In this document: piece by piece, positions 31,637-45,413 of the stretch
Layout of the letters: every line of letters starts with the position of its first letter
Position numbering within the stretch: the first letter of the stretch is position 1
Assembly (NCBI GenBank): GCA_964016885.1
Contig: OZ024751.1
Location: forward strand, 13,950,001-14,014,000
Reading direction: 5' to 3'
DNA from: Eledone cirrhosa
Lineage: Eukaryota
Length of the DNA: 64,000 nt
Notes under the pieces: model-generated
What the model saw: the letters and a program-made list of their open reading frames with translations, nothing else
Told to the model about the DNA's origin: nothing
Databases searched by the model: none
Made by a program: the position numbers and the translations under genes

Positions 31637-32986
31637 AATAATAATAAACATTAACAACAACATCAAAAAACATTCTCATTTGCTCACTATATCACTTGCT
31701 GATGAAGGCAAGGTTTATATATATAATTTTATAAACACATCTCCGTCAGAAATATACCTAGGGAAAGGAGATATAGACTAATATATGTTTATTTTAATAT
31801 ATTTACTTTCATTATTTTCCACGTTATCTTTCCGCTCAAGCTATTTTTATGTCATAGTAATATATGTTTAGTATTATATGTTTAGTATTACATGTTTAGT
31901 AAATTCATGTCTTAATATTATGACGAGCTATTCTTCGTATTGAATCAGTTGTTATTATTTTCCGGTCTGAGTTCAAATCCTGCCGAGATTAACTTTGCCT
32001 TTCATCCTTACGAGGTCGGTAAAATAAAGTACCAGTAATGCACTGGGATAATTGCTAGCCTTGTGCCAAAAGTAGAAACAATTATTTTCCACGTTATCGT
32101 TCCGCTGAAGCTATTTTTATATTATAGTATTGTATGTTTAGTAAATTTATGATCGTAAAGGGCCGTAACTCTATGCCATAAAGCATATTGTCCGACGCTC
32201 CACCGATACTGCCAAACCACCGCCCTTAACAAATATAAAATATTGAAGTTTCAATCGTCTTTTATCAGCCAAAGGATATATGTATTTAACTAGTTTAACT
32301 TTACAGTTAATCCTTCTGGGATCAATAGATAGAATACTAGTCAATACTTCACATATGTTTAAAAATATCACAGAACATAGTCTTTCGCGCTGTACATACA
32401 TGTATGTACGGATGTGGGTGAATATGTATTTACACGTATGTTAATACATATATACACATATGTATGAATGTGTGTGTATGTATATATATATATATATATA
32501 TATATCAAAAAGGAATTGATTGACATATATATATCTAAAATAAACATATGAAACAATCACAGGGAATAATTTGTAAAAGTGTATAAGCACACATAGCTAG
32601 GTAGGTAACTAATTAAAGTTTAACTAGAACTTCAAATATAGATACCTTTTAAAGTGATTAATCTTCCTTGTATATATTTCATTAAAGAAATAGATTTCAC
32701 CATCAATCGATCTGTAAACCACAGTAGCCAAATTACGGATTTTCAACAAGGGAGAAGATTTAACTATCTGTGTTTACACAGCAAATTCAAATCTGCGAAT
32801 GACTAGCAGAACGTGTTGCATTTTTTTTTTAAATACAGACATCGTACCAGCTTCATCCCAGTGGCGTGAATAGGGTTATCGACAACTAGAAATATATATA
32901 TATAACGAAGGAGTTGTGGTAAGGAACCAGATCCAGAAATAACCGTTGAAACGGCTTGAGCTCTGCCGTCGGGGTCATACATTTTC

Positions 32987-33017
<31 letters not shown>

Positions 33018-34077
33018 CGTGTGTGTGTGTGAGTGAGTGTGTGTGAGTGTGTGTGAGTGTGTGTGTGTGTGTGTGTGTGTCCAGAAATAGCCGTCGAAAC
33101 GGCTTGAGCTCTGCCGTCGGGATTGAACATTGAACATTATATGTATACATATATATATATATATATATACAAACATATTTATATATGTATATATATATAC
33201 AAATTTATATATATATATTATATATACACACACACACATATATATTATATATATATTATATATATATTATATATATATATACAAACATATTTATATATGT
33301 ATATATATATACAAATTTATATATATATATATATTATATATATACACACACACATATATTATATATATATATTATATATATATTATATATATATACAAAC
33401 ATATATATATATATATGGTGGCTGCCAACTCGTTTTCGAGTACGGCCACTACTTTATATCCATGTAGGAGAACCCCTACCGATGCGCTGAACGAGTGTGA
33501 CTTTTTAGTCCAGCGACTTGAAAACTCTGGTACAAACACTACACTTGTGACAATTATTGACACATAGTGCTGGGCCCATGGTACCATGTGACGACAAGTG
33601 CAGAGAGATCTCCAGATATAAAGCAATGCCTGTGCTGTGAAGCTTTTATAGTGAGCAAAGGCACTGCACAAAGCCAGTCCCACTCTCTTAACCAAGATGA
33701 TATTTACCAAAAAGAAGAACAAGTCAACATCATTGGATACCATCAGGGTTGCAGGTGTTATATCAGAGTTTTCCTTCTCCTAGAATTCTGCCTTGACAAA
33801 GGCTAAGGGGTCATCTCTCCCGGTGATTTTGGATGGCCATTGACTCTTAAGAGCTCCTTTGCCCTTTGACAGGTTTTGTTTTTAGTCCTGCAGGATGTCC
33901 AAAGTCACCCTCCTCACCAAGAAACCTTGGTGGGGTTGCCAGTTTAGTCGCCAACGACCCGACCATGAGACAGATTGTACTGGGATACATGTTACCAGTA
34001 GCACCAGTATATATATATATATATATACACACACAAACATATATATATATATGTATATATATACAAACACACACACA

Positions 34078-34141
<64 letters not shown>

Positions 34142-34142
34142 A

Positions 34143-34236
<94 letters not shown>

Positions 34237-34363
34237 ATACAATGATATTAAATAAATGGAAACTATATTTGTATTATACTCCTGAAAACTTGTCGAGTGC
34301 TCTGAATCAGTTATAAACATTTATATTTGTTGTATTACCAACAAATTGAATATCCCTTCTGCT

Positions 34364-34395
<32 letters not shown>

Positions 34396-34423
34396 TACAT
34401 ATATTATTATTATTATTATATTT

Positions 34424-35003
34424 CTATGGCGGGTAAAATTCCCGAAATCCATGAACGAGTTTTCTCCAGCAGTCTCTGTCCCTCATTATCGCTGCCATGT
34501 CCTGCGTCTCCAACAGACCAGTGTCTGTCTTTGGTCTTCCTCTTCCAGTGTGTTCATGTAGGGGCTCCCACAGGAGCACTGAGTGCAATGTCAACTCTGG
34601 ATGTCGGTGAGCATGTCCAGCTAACCTCAGTCTCCTCTGTGTCACTTTTGAGCTGACTTTTGGGAGGCTCCCATACAGCTCCGAGTTTTTCATCCTCAGT
34701 GTATACTGATTAATGTTCAGAGCCATCCTCAGCATTCTCGTGTAGCACCCATCCACCATCTGAGTGGGTTTCTTGGTCAGTGTCCAAGTCTCAGACCCGT
34801 ACAGCAGCACAGACTCCACCACAGCAGGTCTTTACGAGGCAGAGGTTGAGACTGGGTCGATGAGTGTGCGGCTAAGAATGAATGAGCCTAAAACAAAATA
34901 TCTGGTAGAGCATGTTGAGAAACCAGAGGGGATCACCAATGTAGGCGGGAAGCCGCTAGAATTGGTTGAGGACTTCCTGTATTTGGGAGCAAAGATTGGG
35001 AAT
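34424..35003 (-). mobile_element. RTE-clade LINE 3' end with an inverted 5' segment (34838-35003 on +)
   Basis: Minus strand VESVLLYGSETW..REFYPP; plus strand EVETGSMSVRLRMNE..FLYLGAKIGN. Confidence 0.85.
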
Positions 35004-35179
35004 ATTGGCAGTATCGGTAGAGGGTTGGACGCCATGCTTTCTAGCATAGTTACGTCCCTTTACAGTCTGAGTTCAAATCCCGCCGAAGTTAACTTTGCCT
35101 TTCATCCTTACGGAGTCGATAAAATAAAGTACCAGTAATGTACTGGTTAATTGCTGGCCTTGTGCCTAAAGTAGAAACA

Positions 35180-35195
<16 letters not shown>
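35004..35195 (+). mobile_element. tRNA-derived SINE
   Basis: TTGGCAGTATCGGTAG, GAGTTCAAATCCC, (TTA)n tail. Confidence 0.9.
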
Positions 35196-35248
<53 letters not shown>

Positions 35249-35300
35249 CAGTGTGGGTGTGTGGGTGTGGGTGGGGGTAGGGGGTGCATATATATATATA

Positions 35301-35808
35301 TATATATAAAATTGCAAGTTTGAAGAACTATTAGATAAAATATATACAGTATTTCCTCTTCCTAGTCCGTATAAATCAACCACATAAAAAATCATTTAAA
35401 CGGGGCTATAAGTTTAAAATGTAACTACTAAAATGTAACTCGTGGATAGATCCAAGATCGGGTATATCCAAAAAATGGAACGAGACCGCCGGTGGTCGGG
35501 ACTAGAGGAATTTTGGTAAAGTTTATGTGCATTTTTTCTTCAAACTTCTATTTTGTACTTAACTCCGTGTAGTTGATTATTTGTCGAGTCAATTTCTACA
35601 GGCTAAAAGAAATAACTGAATAAATTTTATCTGGCTGTACATGGGGGAAAATAGTCTGTATCATTTGTCTATTATTTCTTCATAGTTATATTTTAAACTT
35701 ATAGCCTCGTTTAAATGATTTTTTATGTGGTTGATTTATACTGACTAGAAGAGGAAATACTTTATATATTTTATCTAATAGTTCTTCAAACTTTCAATTT
35801 TATATATA
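35301..35808. mobile_element. MITE-like or fold-back element with about 120-bp inverted repeats in a TA context
   Basis: 35301-35420 pairs with 35690-35808. Confidence 0.7.
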
Positions 35809-35904
35809 GCTCTGATTAATGATTATTTGCTTAATTAATTCTTCATTGAGCTACACCGTGAAAGGTAGCCAGACTCATATATGTATCTGTGACTATGTCT
35901 AATT

Positions 35905-36063
<159 letters not shown>

Positions 36064-37241
36064 CAGGACTGTCCATCATCAGTGAACTTCTGACTATCAT
36101 CGGTATTTCTTCGCATTAAAGACCAGATAACTCAAAGTCAGTGCGAGCAATAACTAAAATAAGTTATTGGGACACGAAGAATGGGTGGAGAAATAGAGAC
36201 ATGTAAACAAACAAAATGGTAATGCATCGCAAAGAGAGGAAATTGAGAAAACGAGTCAATGATACATGTGAACTTAAGTTCTCGTAAATCAATGACAAGA
36301 AGACGACAGACGCGTCCGAACCCTGCGAAATGTGAGCGAGAAAAGGATTTCACACAGGTCAGACGGGAGGAAGTGAGAGAGGAGGAGTAGCAGAGAGGGA
36401 GTGAGTGAAAGTGTGAGGAAGAGGCCAGCCGAGAGAGTGTGACCAGCAGAGGGGGTGAATGAAAATAAGAGGTACAAGGAGAGAGAAAAGGGAGAGAGAA
36501 AGAGGATAGCAGTAAGGTGATAGAAAAAGACAGGTCGCAGCGAAGGGGGGGGGGGGATATAGGAATGAAAAATGGTGTGCTGCGTTGTTGCGAATGTGAT
36601 ACATATGAATGAAAAATAGAGCAAGAAATAGGACTGTCCATCATCAGTGATCTTCTGACTATCACCGTATTTCTTCGCATTAAAGACCAGATACCCGACC
36701 TGTGTGAAATCCTTATAAACTCGAAATAGTGTTTTACAATTAAATAGCTCAAAGAAGGGAATATTTCCGAGCCGTGTAATACATAAAACCTGCTGCTATT
36801 TTTAGCGGCACGAGTATGAGATGAGTTAGGCGCAGTGACATATGCGTTCAACAACACATATTTCTCAGTCTTCTTAAGTATTTTGAAGTGAAAGGTACGA
36901 ATTTCCCGGATACCCGCAGAAGAGCACAGGGATAGTGACTTTCACTTAATAATTGTTGCGAAACAGATTTAGAATCTATCTGGGTATCATGGCCATTGCC
37001 AATATAGGTTTGTTATTTTTATTGATTTATTACTTTAAATCGAGACAGGCAAACCATATTATTTTAAATTAATATTTTTCAATCTAGCTAACTTGGTCAT
37101 TTGCAATTCGAACACACACATGTATACTTGTATCGGTGTTCATCCCTCTCATATATTCATTTGTATTACACAGCTCGGAAAGATTCCCTTCTTTGAGCTA
37201 TTTAATTGTAAAAGACTATTTCGAGTTTATAACTCAATATA

Positions 37242-37318
<77 letters not shown>

Positions 37319-37418
37319 CATATATATATATATATATACATACATAGTCACAGATACATATATGAGTTTGGCTACCTTTCACGGTGTGGCTCAATGAAGA
37401 AATAATTAAGCAAATATG

Positions 37419-37506
<88 letters not shown>

Positions 37507-37631
37507 TTGAAGACTAAAGTCCTTGAGGGCGGCCGACAGAGCTAGAAGCTGCTAAAAGGTCAGTCGTCGTATTGTGTCTGATTTTCAGCCCAATGGATGT
37601 TATCAGTTATATTCCTTTGTTATATTTTAAG

Positions 37632-37687
37632 TACCTGATGATGTCACCGGATTCATACTGAACCCGGTCATTGAAATGATCATAGTA
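37632..37687 (+). ncRNA. Type-I hammerhead ribozyme (paralogue of 7305-7362)
   Basis: TAC-CTGATGA..GAAA-TGATCA-TA-GTA; shared downstream ATAATAAACCTTTCAAGGATTTACAC. Confidence 0.7.
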
Positions 37688-37955
37688 TAATAAACCTTTC
37701 AAGGATTTACACCCGTCCAGCCTCCTGTTATTTTATAATATATATATATATATACATATATATATAATATATATGGAAAAGAATGAAACGAAATTTCATT
37801 TCTCACTCTTAGTACGGCTGATACTTAAATGTAAGTATGTATACGTACATACATATATGTATACAGACGTACAGTAGTATGTATAATATACAGCCGTTAA
37901 TATGCATAAGGAAAGAATATACTTTCAAACGTTCAATCATCTGACAGGAAGGTAT

Positions 37956-37998
37956 ACGATGCTGACGATAGCTAATAAGCTTGAAACTAGAACATCGT
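37956..37998 (+). ncRNA. Hammerhead motif with a U16.1-to-A change (probably inactive)
   Basis: ACGATG-CTGACGA-t AGCT aata AGCT t-GAAA-CTAG-AA-CATCGT; perfect 6-bp stem I. Confidence 0.7.
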
Positions 37999-38237
37999 TC
38001 CTGTGTCAGTGTTGAACAAATTCGGGCTGTTTGTTTACAAACAAACCGAACATTATAATAAATCTTCGGTAAACCCATACATACACATATATATATATGT
38101 GTGCATGTATGTATATATATACATACTACTGTACGTCTGTATACATGTATGTATGTACATATACATACTTACATTTATTTATATATATATATATACGATA
38201 TATTAACAAATGGAAACTATATTTATAAAACCATATT

Positions 38238-38302
38238 TATTTCATTATACATATTTCAAGGACACCAAGTTAAATTATGGTGTGCTTTCATCAGATAAAA
38301 TA
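38238..38302 (-). ncRNA. Type-I hammerhead ribozyme
   Basis: TATTTTAT-CTGATGA-AAGcACACCA..TGGTGTcCTT-GAAA-TATGTA-TA-ATGAAATA. Confidence 0.82.
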
Positions 38303-38904
38303 TAATATAGATCAGTTTTACAAATAAATATTGACATACCCTTAAAGAATGCGACCATTTCTGTTGGAAGCTCCCGGATAGTAAACTTTATAAATATATA
38401 TATATAAAGTTTAAAGTCAGTCTTAAGCCAGAAAGTTCATTTGGCTGGTGCTTGTCCCGGTTTCATTGCGTGAAGTGACTGAGAGTACGTGTATATGTAT
38501 GTGTGTGTATATGTGTGTATATATATGTGTGTGTGTGTGTGTGTACACGCGCGTGCGATAGATATGAAAGGAAAATAGTGGGAGTTCAAGTTGTCACTAT
38601 AAGTAACTAGACCGCCCGTTGCGTCACGTTCACTTAAAACAATTTTTTTTAAAAATTATATTCACTTAAAAATAAATTTTATCAGTTCTCTCTCTCTCTC
38701 TCATTTTCTTTGTGTGTCTGCTTCTCTGACCTCTTCTCCCTCCCCCTCTCTCACCCTTTCTCTCTCTCTCTTTCAATCTACTCTCTCACAACCACTATCG
38801 CTTTTTCTCTATCTTTCTCTCTCTCTTTCTATTTATGTAGGTGCCCGGAAAAACCCCGTATCTCGGGTGAGCTTAAGAAAGAGAAAGGCTCAGCCCCGGA
38901 GAGC

Positions 38905-41006
38905 AATCTATGACTGGGGACCTTTCAAGTAAGATGATAAGCTGCAGGAGAGGTTCACAGTAGAAGTGAGGAACAGGTTCAGTGCTGTGGGGGAGAGGGG
39001 GGGGGGGGCAGAGTAGGGGGAGATTGGAGGGACTGAGGAGAGTGCGACGAGGCGGTACGGGTACTTCACCAATGCATTGGCGGAAGCAAGTGAGACCCTG
39101 GTGCAGAGGAGAGAGAAGAGGAAGCTTTTCTCTCCTCTGCAGAGCCAAAAATGTGTGCAGCCAGACAACACCTGAAAGCTACCAAGGACCAATTCTATGC
39201 TGATTCTGCGGAAGAGAGGAAGGAGAATATGGAGGTGATGAGGGAAGAACTCTGTATCGCTTACACTGAGGCCAGAGAGGAGGCGATGATAGAGAAGATC
39301 AGAAGTGTGGAGAGAGCGGTTGACAGATCTGGATGTAAGGAGAGCTGGATGATCATCAACGAGATCACAGGGAGGAAGAAAAGGGATTCGAGTCAGATCT
39401 AGGGAACAGGACCCGAGGATAGGAAGAGGAAATGGCTGGACCATTTTAGGACCCTACTAGGAGAGGCGCCCTCCACAGCCCAGAACACTGGGGTGATCAG
39501 GCGGCTGTTTGAAGGAATTTATATTGAGACAGGGCCCTTCACCGAGAGGAGCTTCAGAGTGCCAAGAAGAAGATCAAGGAGGCCAATGCTCATGGAGAAG
39601 ATGGAGTGGCATCAAAGGTGATGAAGAGGTGTGATTTTGATGATATCATCCTGGGGTTCTGTAACCAGGCACTGGAGAAAGGAGTTGCTCCGAATCAGTG
39701 GAGGATTAGTAACATCGTCCAAGTTCCAAAAAAGGGAGATTTCTCTAACACCAACCACTACAGGGGGATCTCACTGACGTCACTTGTTGCAAAGACCCTC
39801 AACAGGATGATTCTTAACAGGATCCAGCCTTAGATGGAGAAGAAGCTCAGGGACAACCAGAACGGCTTCAGAGAGGGAAGATCAACCCCAGTCACACCGG
39901 GATGCTGAGGAGGATATTAGAGGGAGCTAGAGCATGCTGTCATGGATTTCATTGACTTTAGGAAGGCCTTTGATTCTGTAGACCGTCACTGCCTGATGAA
40001 GATCTTACAGGCTTATGGAATCCTCAAGAAGATAGTGGATCTATACCAACACCAAAGCCCAAGGAGATACATTGGCTCCCTACCTTTTTATCATCGCAGT
40101 GAACTATTGTATGCGCTTGCGCTGGAGAAACACCAGGACTCTGGCTTTACTGTAGCACTGGCTCAGAGCAGGAGAGTTAAGGCGGAAAAGTTATCAGATA
40201 CTGAATTTGTCGACGAGAGTTGATGCAGGAGGTGGAGACGGTGTCGATGAGTGTGGGGCTGAGAATGAATGAGATTAAGACGAAGTATCTGGTAGAGAAT
40301 ATTAAGCCAGAGAAGATTATGAATGTAGGCGGGAAGCCACTAAAATTGATTGAGGACTTCCTGTATCTGGGAGCAAAGATTGGAAACACAGGATGATGTG
40401 GTTGAGAGGAAAAGCAAAGCCTGGGCGGCGTGCCACAGTTTGAGATCCGTGTGGAAGTCGGACCTTCGTAAAGGCCTAAAGATCTGTCTCTTCGTTGCTA
40501 CAGTAGAGTCTGTGCTGCTGTACGGGTCTGAGACTTGGACACTGACCAAGAAACTCACTCAGATGGTGGATGGGTGCTACACGAGAATGCTGAGGATGGC
40601 TCTGAACATTAACCGGTATATACTGAGGTTGAAGAACTCAGAGGTGTACAGGAGCCTCCAAAAGGTCAGCTCGAAAGTAACTCAGAGGAGACTGAGGTTA
40701 GGTGGCCATGATCACCGACATCCAGAGTTGACATTGCACTCAGTGCTCTTGTGGGAGCCCCTGCACAGACACACTAGAAGAGGGAGACCAAGGTTGACAA
40801 ATGTTGCTGCCCTAAGGACAGAGACCGGTCTCTTGGAAAGGCAGGACATGGCAGCGATGATGAGGGACAGAGACCGCTGGAGAGAACTCGTCCATGGATC
40901 TCGGGAATTTTACCCACCCTAGATACATACATACATACATACATACATACATACATACATACATACATACATACATACATACATACATACATACATACAT
41001 ACATAC
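38905..41006 (+). mobile_element. Decayed, 5'-truncated RTE-clade LINE with (TACA)n tail
   Basis: FTVEVRNRFS, VPKKGD..YRGISLTS, NQNGFREGRS, FIDFRKAFDSV, LLYGSETW with multiple frameshifts and stops; stop codon directly followed by (TACA)n. Confidence 0.92.
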
Positions 41007-41049
41007 GTGTGTGTATGTATCCACGAAATAAGAAAGAAATTGCTCATGC

Positions 41050-43337
41050 ACATGGAGGTCCGGACCAAACCAGACCCCGAACAGCTTTACCGGTCCTTCC
41101 GTCCAGCGTCCGACAACGCCATCGGAAGGCATCGGTTTGCCTCTCCACGATCCGAGTTGCAAATCGATGGACTTGTCCCAGTTCAGCTTCGCTCCTGTGA
41201 AACTTTCGTATTCCTTCAGTAAGGTGCCGACTTCCTCGATTTGCGAGGCGCTCGACACCATTACTGTCATGTCGTCGGCGTATGCCCACGCCGCTTTCCG
41301 CAGTCCCGGTTCCAGAGGGATGCCCTGCAATAGCTCCAACTTCCGCAGTAGTGGCTCGAGAGTCAGTACGTACAGAAGGGAGGAGAGAGGGCATCCCTGT
41401 CGAATGGATCGCGTAATATGGAACGGCTCCGAGAGGTAGCCGTTCACCTTGACCCTTGAGCAGATGTTGCTGTTGTGCATTGCAGCAATCCAGCCCCTGA
41501 ACACGGGTCCGAAGCCTGCCGCCTCGAGCACCGCATCTAGGTAACGATGGTCAACCCTATCGAAAGCCTTAGACTGATCCAAGTTGATCAGGGCCCCACC
41601 GAAGCCGGGTTTACACCCTACCCTCTCTATGATGTATCGCATGAGGTGGAGGTTGTCGTGTATGGACCTGGTCGGGAATGCGCATGTCTGCGCTTCTCCC
41701 ACCAGGTTCTCGACGACAAGCGCCAGCCTCTTTGCCAACACCTTGGCCAAAATCTGTAACTCTGTGTTTAGCAGAGTTATGGGCCGGAAGTTGCCTATGT
41801 CATCCCCCTTATTCTCGTCCTTCCTGATTAGTGTGACTACGCCCCCGGTTACAGAACTGGGAATTCTCCCGTTCTGTTGCCAGTTGCAGTAGACCGCTTC
41901 CAGGAGACCGGAGAATAAGTCCGGCATTGCTACGTAAAATTCGTAGGGTAGACCGTCGAGAACTGGAGATTTGCGTTTGCCGCATTGGCTCAGCGCGTCC
42001 CCTATCTCAGCGGCTGAAATCGGCTTTTCGCAGAACTTTGCCTCGCTGTCTGAGAGTCGCGGTAGGCCGTCAAGGTATGGACCGAAATCCATAGCCCCTC
42101 CCGGCGCGCCGCCCCGCCCGAACAGTTGAGGAGAGTGTCGCTGAAAGGCCGCACACATCTGCTTCGGCTCACGTATCACGCGTCCGTTTTGGTCCTTCAA
42201 AGACCGAATCGTGGACTTGTTGCCACTTTTTGCCTCCGTCACTCGGGCCCAGCTAACAGCTTTGGCTCCCTCGTTTCCCAGAGCACGTATTTTGCTTTTG
42301 ACAACGCAGCCCTCGTGATTTGCGTCGAAGAACTGGTCCAAGGCCGTTCTCGTTGCTAGCACGCTGGCTACATTGCCACTTCTAATTGCCTCTTCTACTT
42401 TATCTACCAGTTCCTTCTCAGTTCTATTTCTATCTAACGCTAATTCTTTACTAAAAACTAACGAGTCTAATCTAACTGCCCTCTTGAGAGAGTACCACCA
42501 TCTGTTGTTGACAATGGCCCCTGTCAAGTGTTGTTTAACTAAAGTGCTAATCCGTCTACTGTAGGCTTTGCTTGTCGGTAACGACAAGTTCAGCTTCCAG
42601 TAGCCGGGTCCTTGTCTATGGGTTCTATCAAGGTTGGCCATGCAGGTCACTAGTTTGTGATCTGAATAGGCAACCATGAACATTTGTGGACAACTTAACA
42701 TGTCTCTATCCTTATTTCTAACTAGAACCCTATCTAGGTACGATCTAGATGTTCCGCTACGATTAGTCCACGTCCACAGTGGCACAGTCGGAAAATCTAG
42801 TCGATATCTATCGGCCAGGTCAAATCGGTCGATTAACTGTTTGAGGCTGTTACACCCCCCTTTATCGGGACATGCTCCCACATAGTCCCAACGTGCATCT
42901 AGGATTCCATTCCAGTCCCCCACTAAAAGCAAGGAGCGGGACGTTCCCAGAAAAGTCTCTAGACGTTTGAAGAAGTCTGGCCGCGGTGTTCCGGATGGGG
43001 CATATGCGGCCACCAGCCTGAAGGCTCCATCTTCACTACCGTCAACGTCTAGGACCACCAGTCGACCCTCCGGGTCCAGATGCACCGTCTGTGTTACGGG
43101 GCCCAGGTGTTTCCGCAGCAAAACGGCAACTCCGCCCCCACCCCCCGGTTGACAGAGAGATGCGTAGATTTCAAAGTCATCGAATATGGGGGCCAGCTGT
43201 CGCTCGCTGTGGATCCTGGACTCGCAAATGGCTACCACATCCATACTGTGCGACCTGAGGTCGTTTAAGAGTTTTCCCTGTTTCCAGGGCATCCCCAGGC
43301 CGCGTACGTTCACACATCCAACTCTTATATTGGCCAT
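41050..43337 (-). CDS. L1/Tx1-clade ORF2: APE endonuclease plus reverse transcriptase, C-terminally truncated
   Basis: NVRGL, GDWN, YLDRVLV, SDHKLV, GYWKLN, DGLPYEFY, RPITLLN, LDQSKAFDRVDH, RQGCPLS, YADD; homology ends at WFGPDL. Confidence 0.95.
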
Positions 43338-43369
43338 GTTGGTGCTGAAAAGTTAAAAGAGCAAAAGAG

Positions 43370-45063
43370 ATCACTCACCCTTCGTCTCCTGGGGACCAGG
43401 CTGCACGATTTCCATGGGGGTGTTGGAGGGGTTGTCTGGGTGGGTGGTGGTTTCCGGCGGGGTGGGGACGGAGATGTTTGGTGGGGTGGGGTCTGGTGGG
43501 ATGGTGGTGTCTGGGGTGGGGAGACATTTGAGAAGGACGCGGTTAAGTGGTTTCACGCAGGAATTCCCACATCCTTTTCAAATGTTTCTTTTAGGGACCT
43601 ATAAGTTTGTATAGGGACCCTAATCAGTTTTAGGTTCAGTTTTTTGTTATTTTTAATAGAGTGGGCGAAAGTTTTCCCTTCGGTTTTCACCGAAGGGTTG
43701 TTGGTGATGGTCTCCATTAGTGTTTTGTTTTCAGTGTTTATGTAAGTGTAAGTGTAATTTTATTGTGTTGTGTTTGTTTTTGTCTGTAGTTCTTGTGTGT
43801 GCTTTCGTTTTGTTGTAGGTATTTTGTTTTCAGGAGGTGGGGGTTTTGTTGTTTGTGTTGGTGGTTGTATATTTGTGGTAGGGTTTGCTGGTTTTTTGCT
43901 TTTGTGATGTCTTTTCTTTCTTTTCGAGCGATGGGGTTCTCCCTCGTCTTCACTGGGTGATGGCGAGATAGCCTCATCTGTTGTATCGTCTGTGTGATTG
44001 GCGAGGGGTATGTCTTGGGGAGCTGTTGTGTCTGTATGTGATTTTGCAGTGGTTTTAGGTGGAGTGGGGTTGGGTGGGACTGTGTTTGTTGTGGTTATTT
44101 TTGTGTGTTGGTGTTGTTGTGTGGTGGTGTTAGTGGTTGTATTGTTTTGATGGGTGTCGGCAGAAGAATCTTTTTTTGACTTATTAATTTAGGACAGGAA
44201 GCCCTCAGGTGACCCCTGCTAAAGCAGTGGTAACATGAAGGCCGCCTACCCTCAACCGAAAAGTTTATGTAGGTGAGTCCGTCCAGGAGTACACGTTGTG
44301 GGATCATAGCTATTCGCTCTGGGCTCATTTGCACCAGAACTTCAACGCTAGTTCCATTGAATACATCTCTGGGGGACTTTCCTACTGACAGTATTCTGTC
44401 TTCATCAAAATTGATGAAGCCGCACAGTATCCACCATATGTTTACCTTTGGTGTGACACTCGTGATTCTAATCTTTTGTGTCCTTTTTCCCATGTATGTA
44501 GGGAAAAGGGTATACAGGTTGGATACAATTGGCGACACAGAGTAATTTTGGGCCAGAGTAATTTTGATCCTTCATGAGTACCGAAATACTCCCAAAGAGT
44601 TTGCTTCTTTGAATGAATGAAATATCATTCATTGAATTTTTGAAAACCAGTTCAATTTCTTTCTGTGACAATTGGACTGGTTTTCGGGTAGAATTGGAAA
44701 CTGTCCTAAAAACTATCGTTTTGAGAGCAATTTCCTTGCGAATTTCTACCGGAGAATTGATGCTGAAAGCACCATTCTTTTCGAAAGTTACATATCTCCT
44801 AGCGTCCTTTAAAAGTTGTTCGGCATTTGTTATGTCAAGATATGTCAGTTCCTCCTTTTTCTGAACTGTCTGTGCAAAGGAGATTTTCGGTTTCTTTGTG
44901 GAATTATCCGTGTTGGTGGTGTTGTCATTATTGTTGTTGTTATTCTTGTTGTCACTTATGTTGATATTATTCGTATTTTCCTTGGTGTTTGTGTTGATGT
45001 TGACTGCGAGCTATGTAGTCTTACCGACTCTCCACCACCATTATCGTCGAACGCAGCGTTCAT
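43370..45063 (-). pseudogene. Frameshifted L1/Tx1 ORF1 (gag-like zinc knuckle)
   Basis: VEGRRPSCYHCFSRGHLRASC (CX2CX4HX4C) followed by a Pro/Thr-rich region, directly upstream of ORF2. Confidence 0.8.
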
Positions 45064-45336
45064 AACGTAATCAAACTTCTTACGATATTTTTTCAAAAAT
45101 TCGATGTAGAAAAAATTTTTCAAACGGATATTTCGCCCCTGTAGGAGCGAAAATGAGTTGACCCACCACCTGAAGGTCCAGACGGGGGGGGGGGGGGGGT
45201 CAAGTCACACAATAATATAAAATTTAACTGAAAACTCACGTTCTTTTCTTACATAAATTAACGGAAACTTCTCCGCGAAGTTTCACACGTATATATAGAT
45301 ATATATATATATAATATATATTTATCTATCTATGTT

Positions 45337-45413
<77 letters not shown>

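Larger units (their letters stand above)
41050..45291 (-). mobile_element. L1/Tx1-clade non-LTR retrotransposon, 5' region retained, 3' end missing
   Basis: Leader, ORF1 and ORF2 in order; putative 5' boundary abuts an AT/GT microsatellite. Confidence 0.88.

Noticed and set aside
31695-31765. CTGATGA..GAAATATACCTA hammerhead-like motif
   Set aside because: Stem I and the base of stem II do not pair; at best a decayed copy, not counted.
40812-41049. C-terminal extension of the 841-aa ORF
   Set aside because: Read-through into the (TATG)n tract and the antisense RTE; not part of the Tx1 protein.
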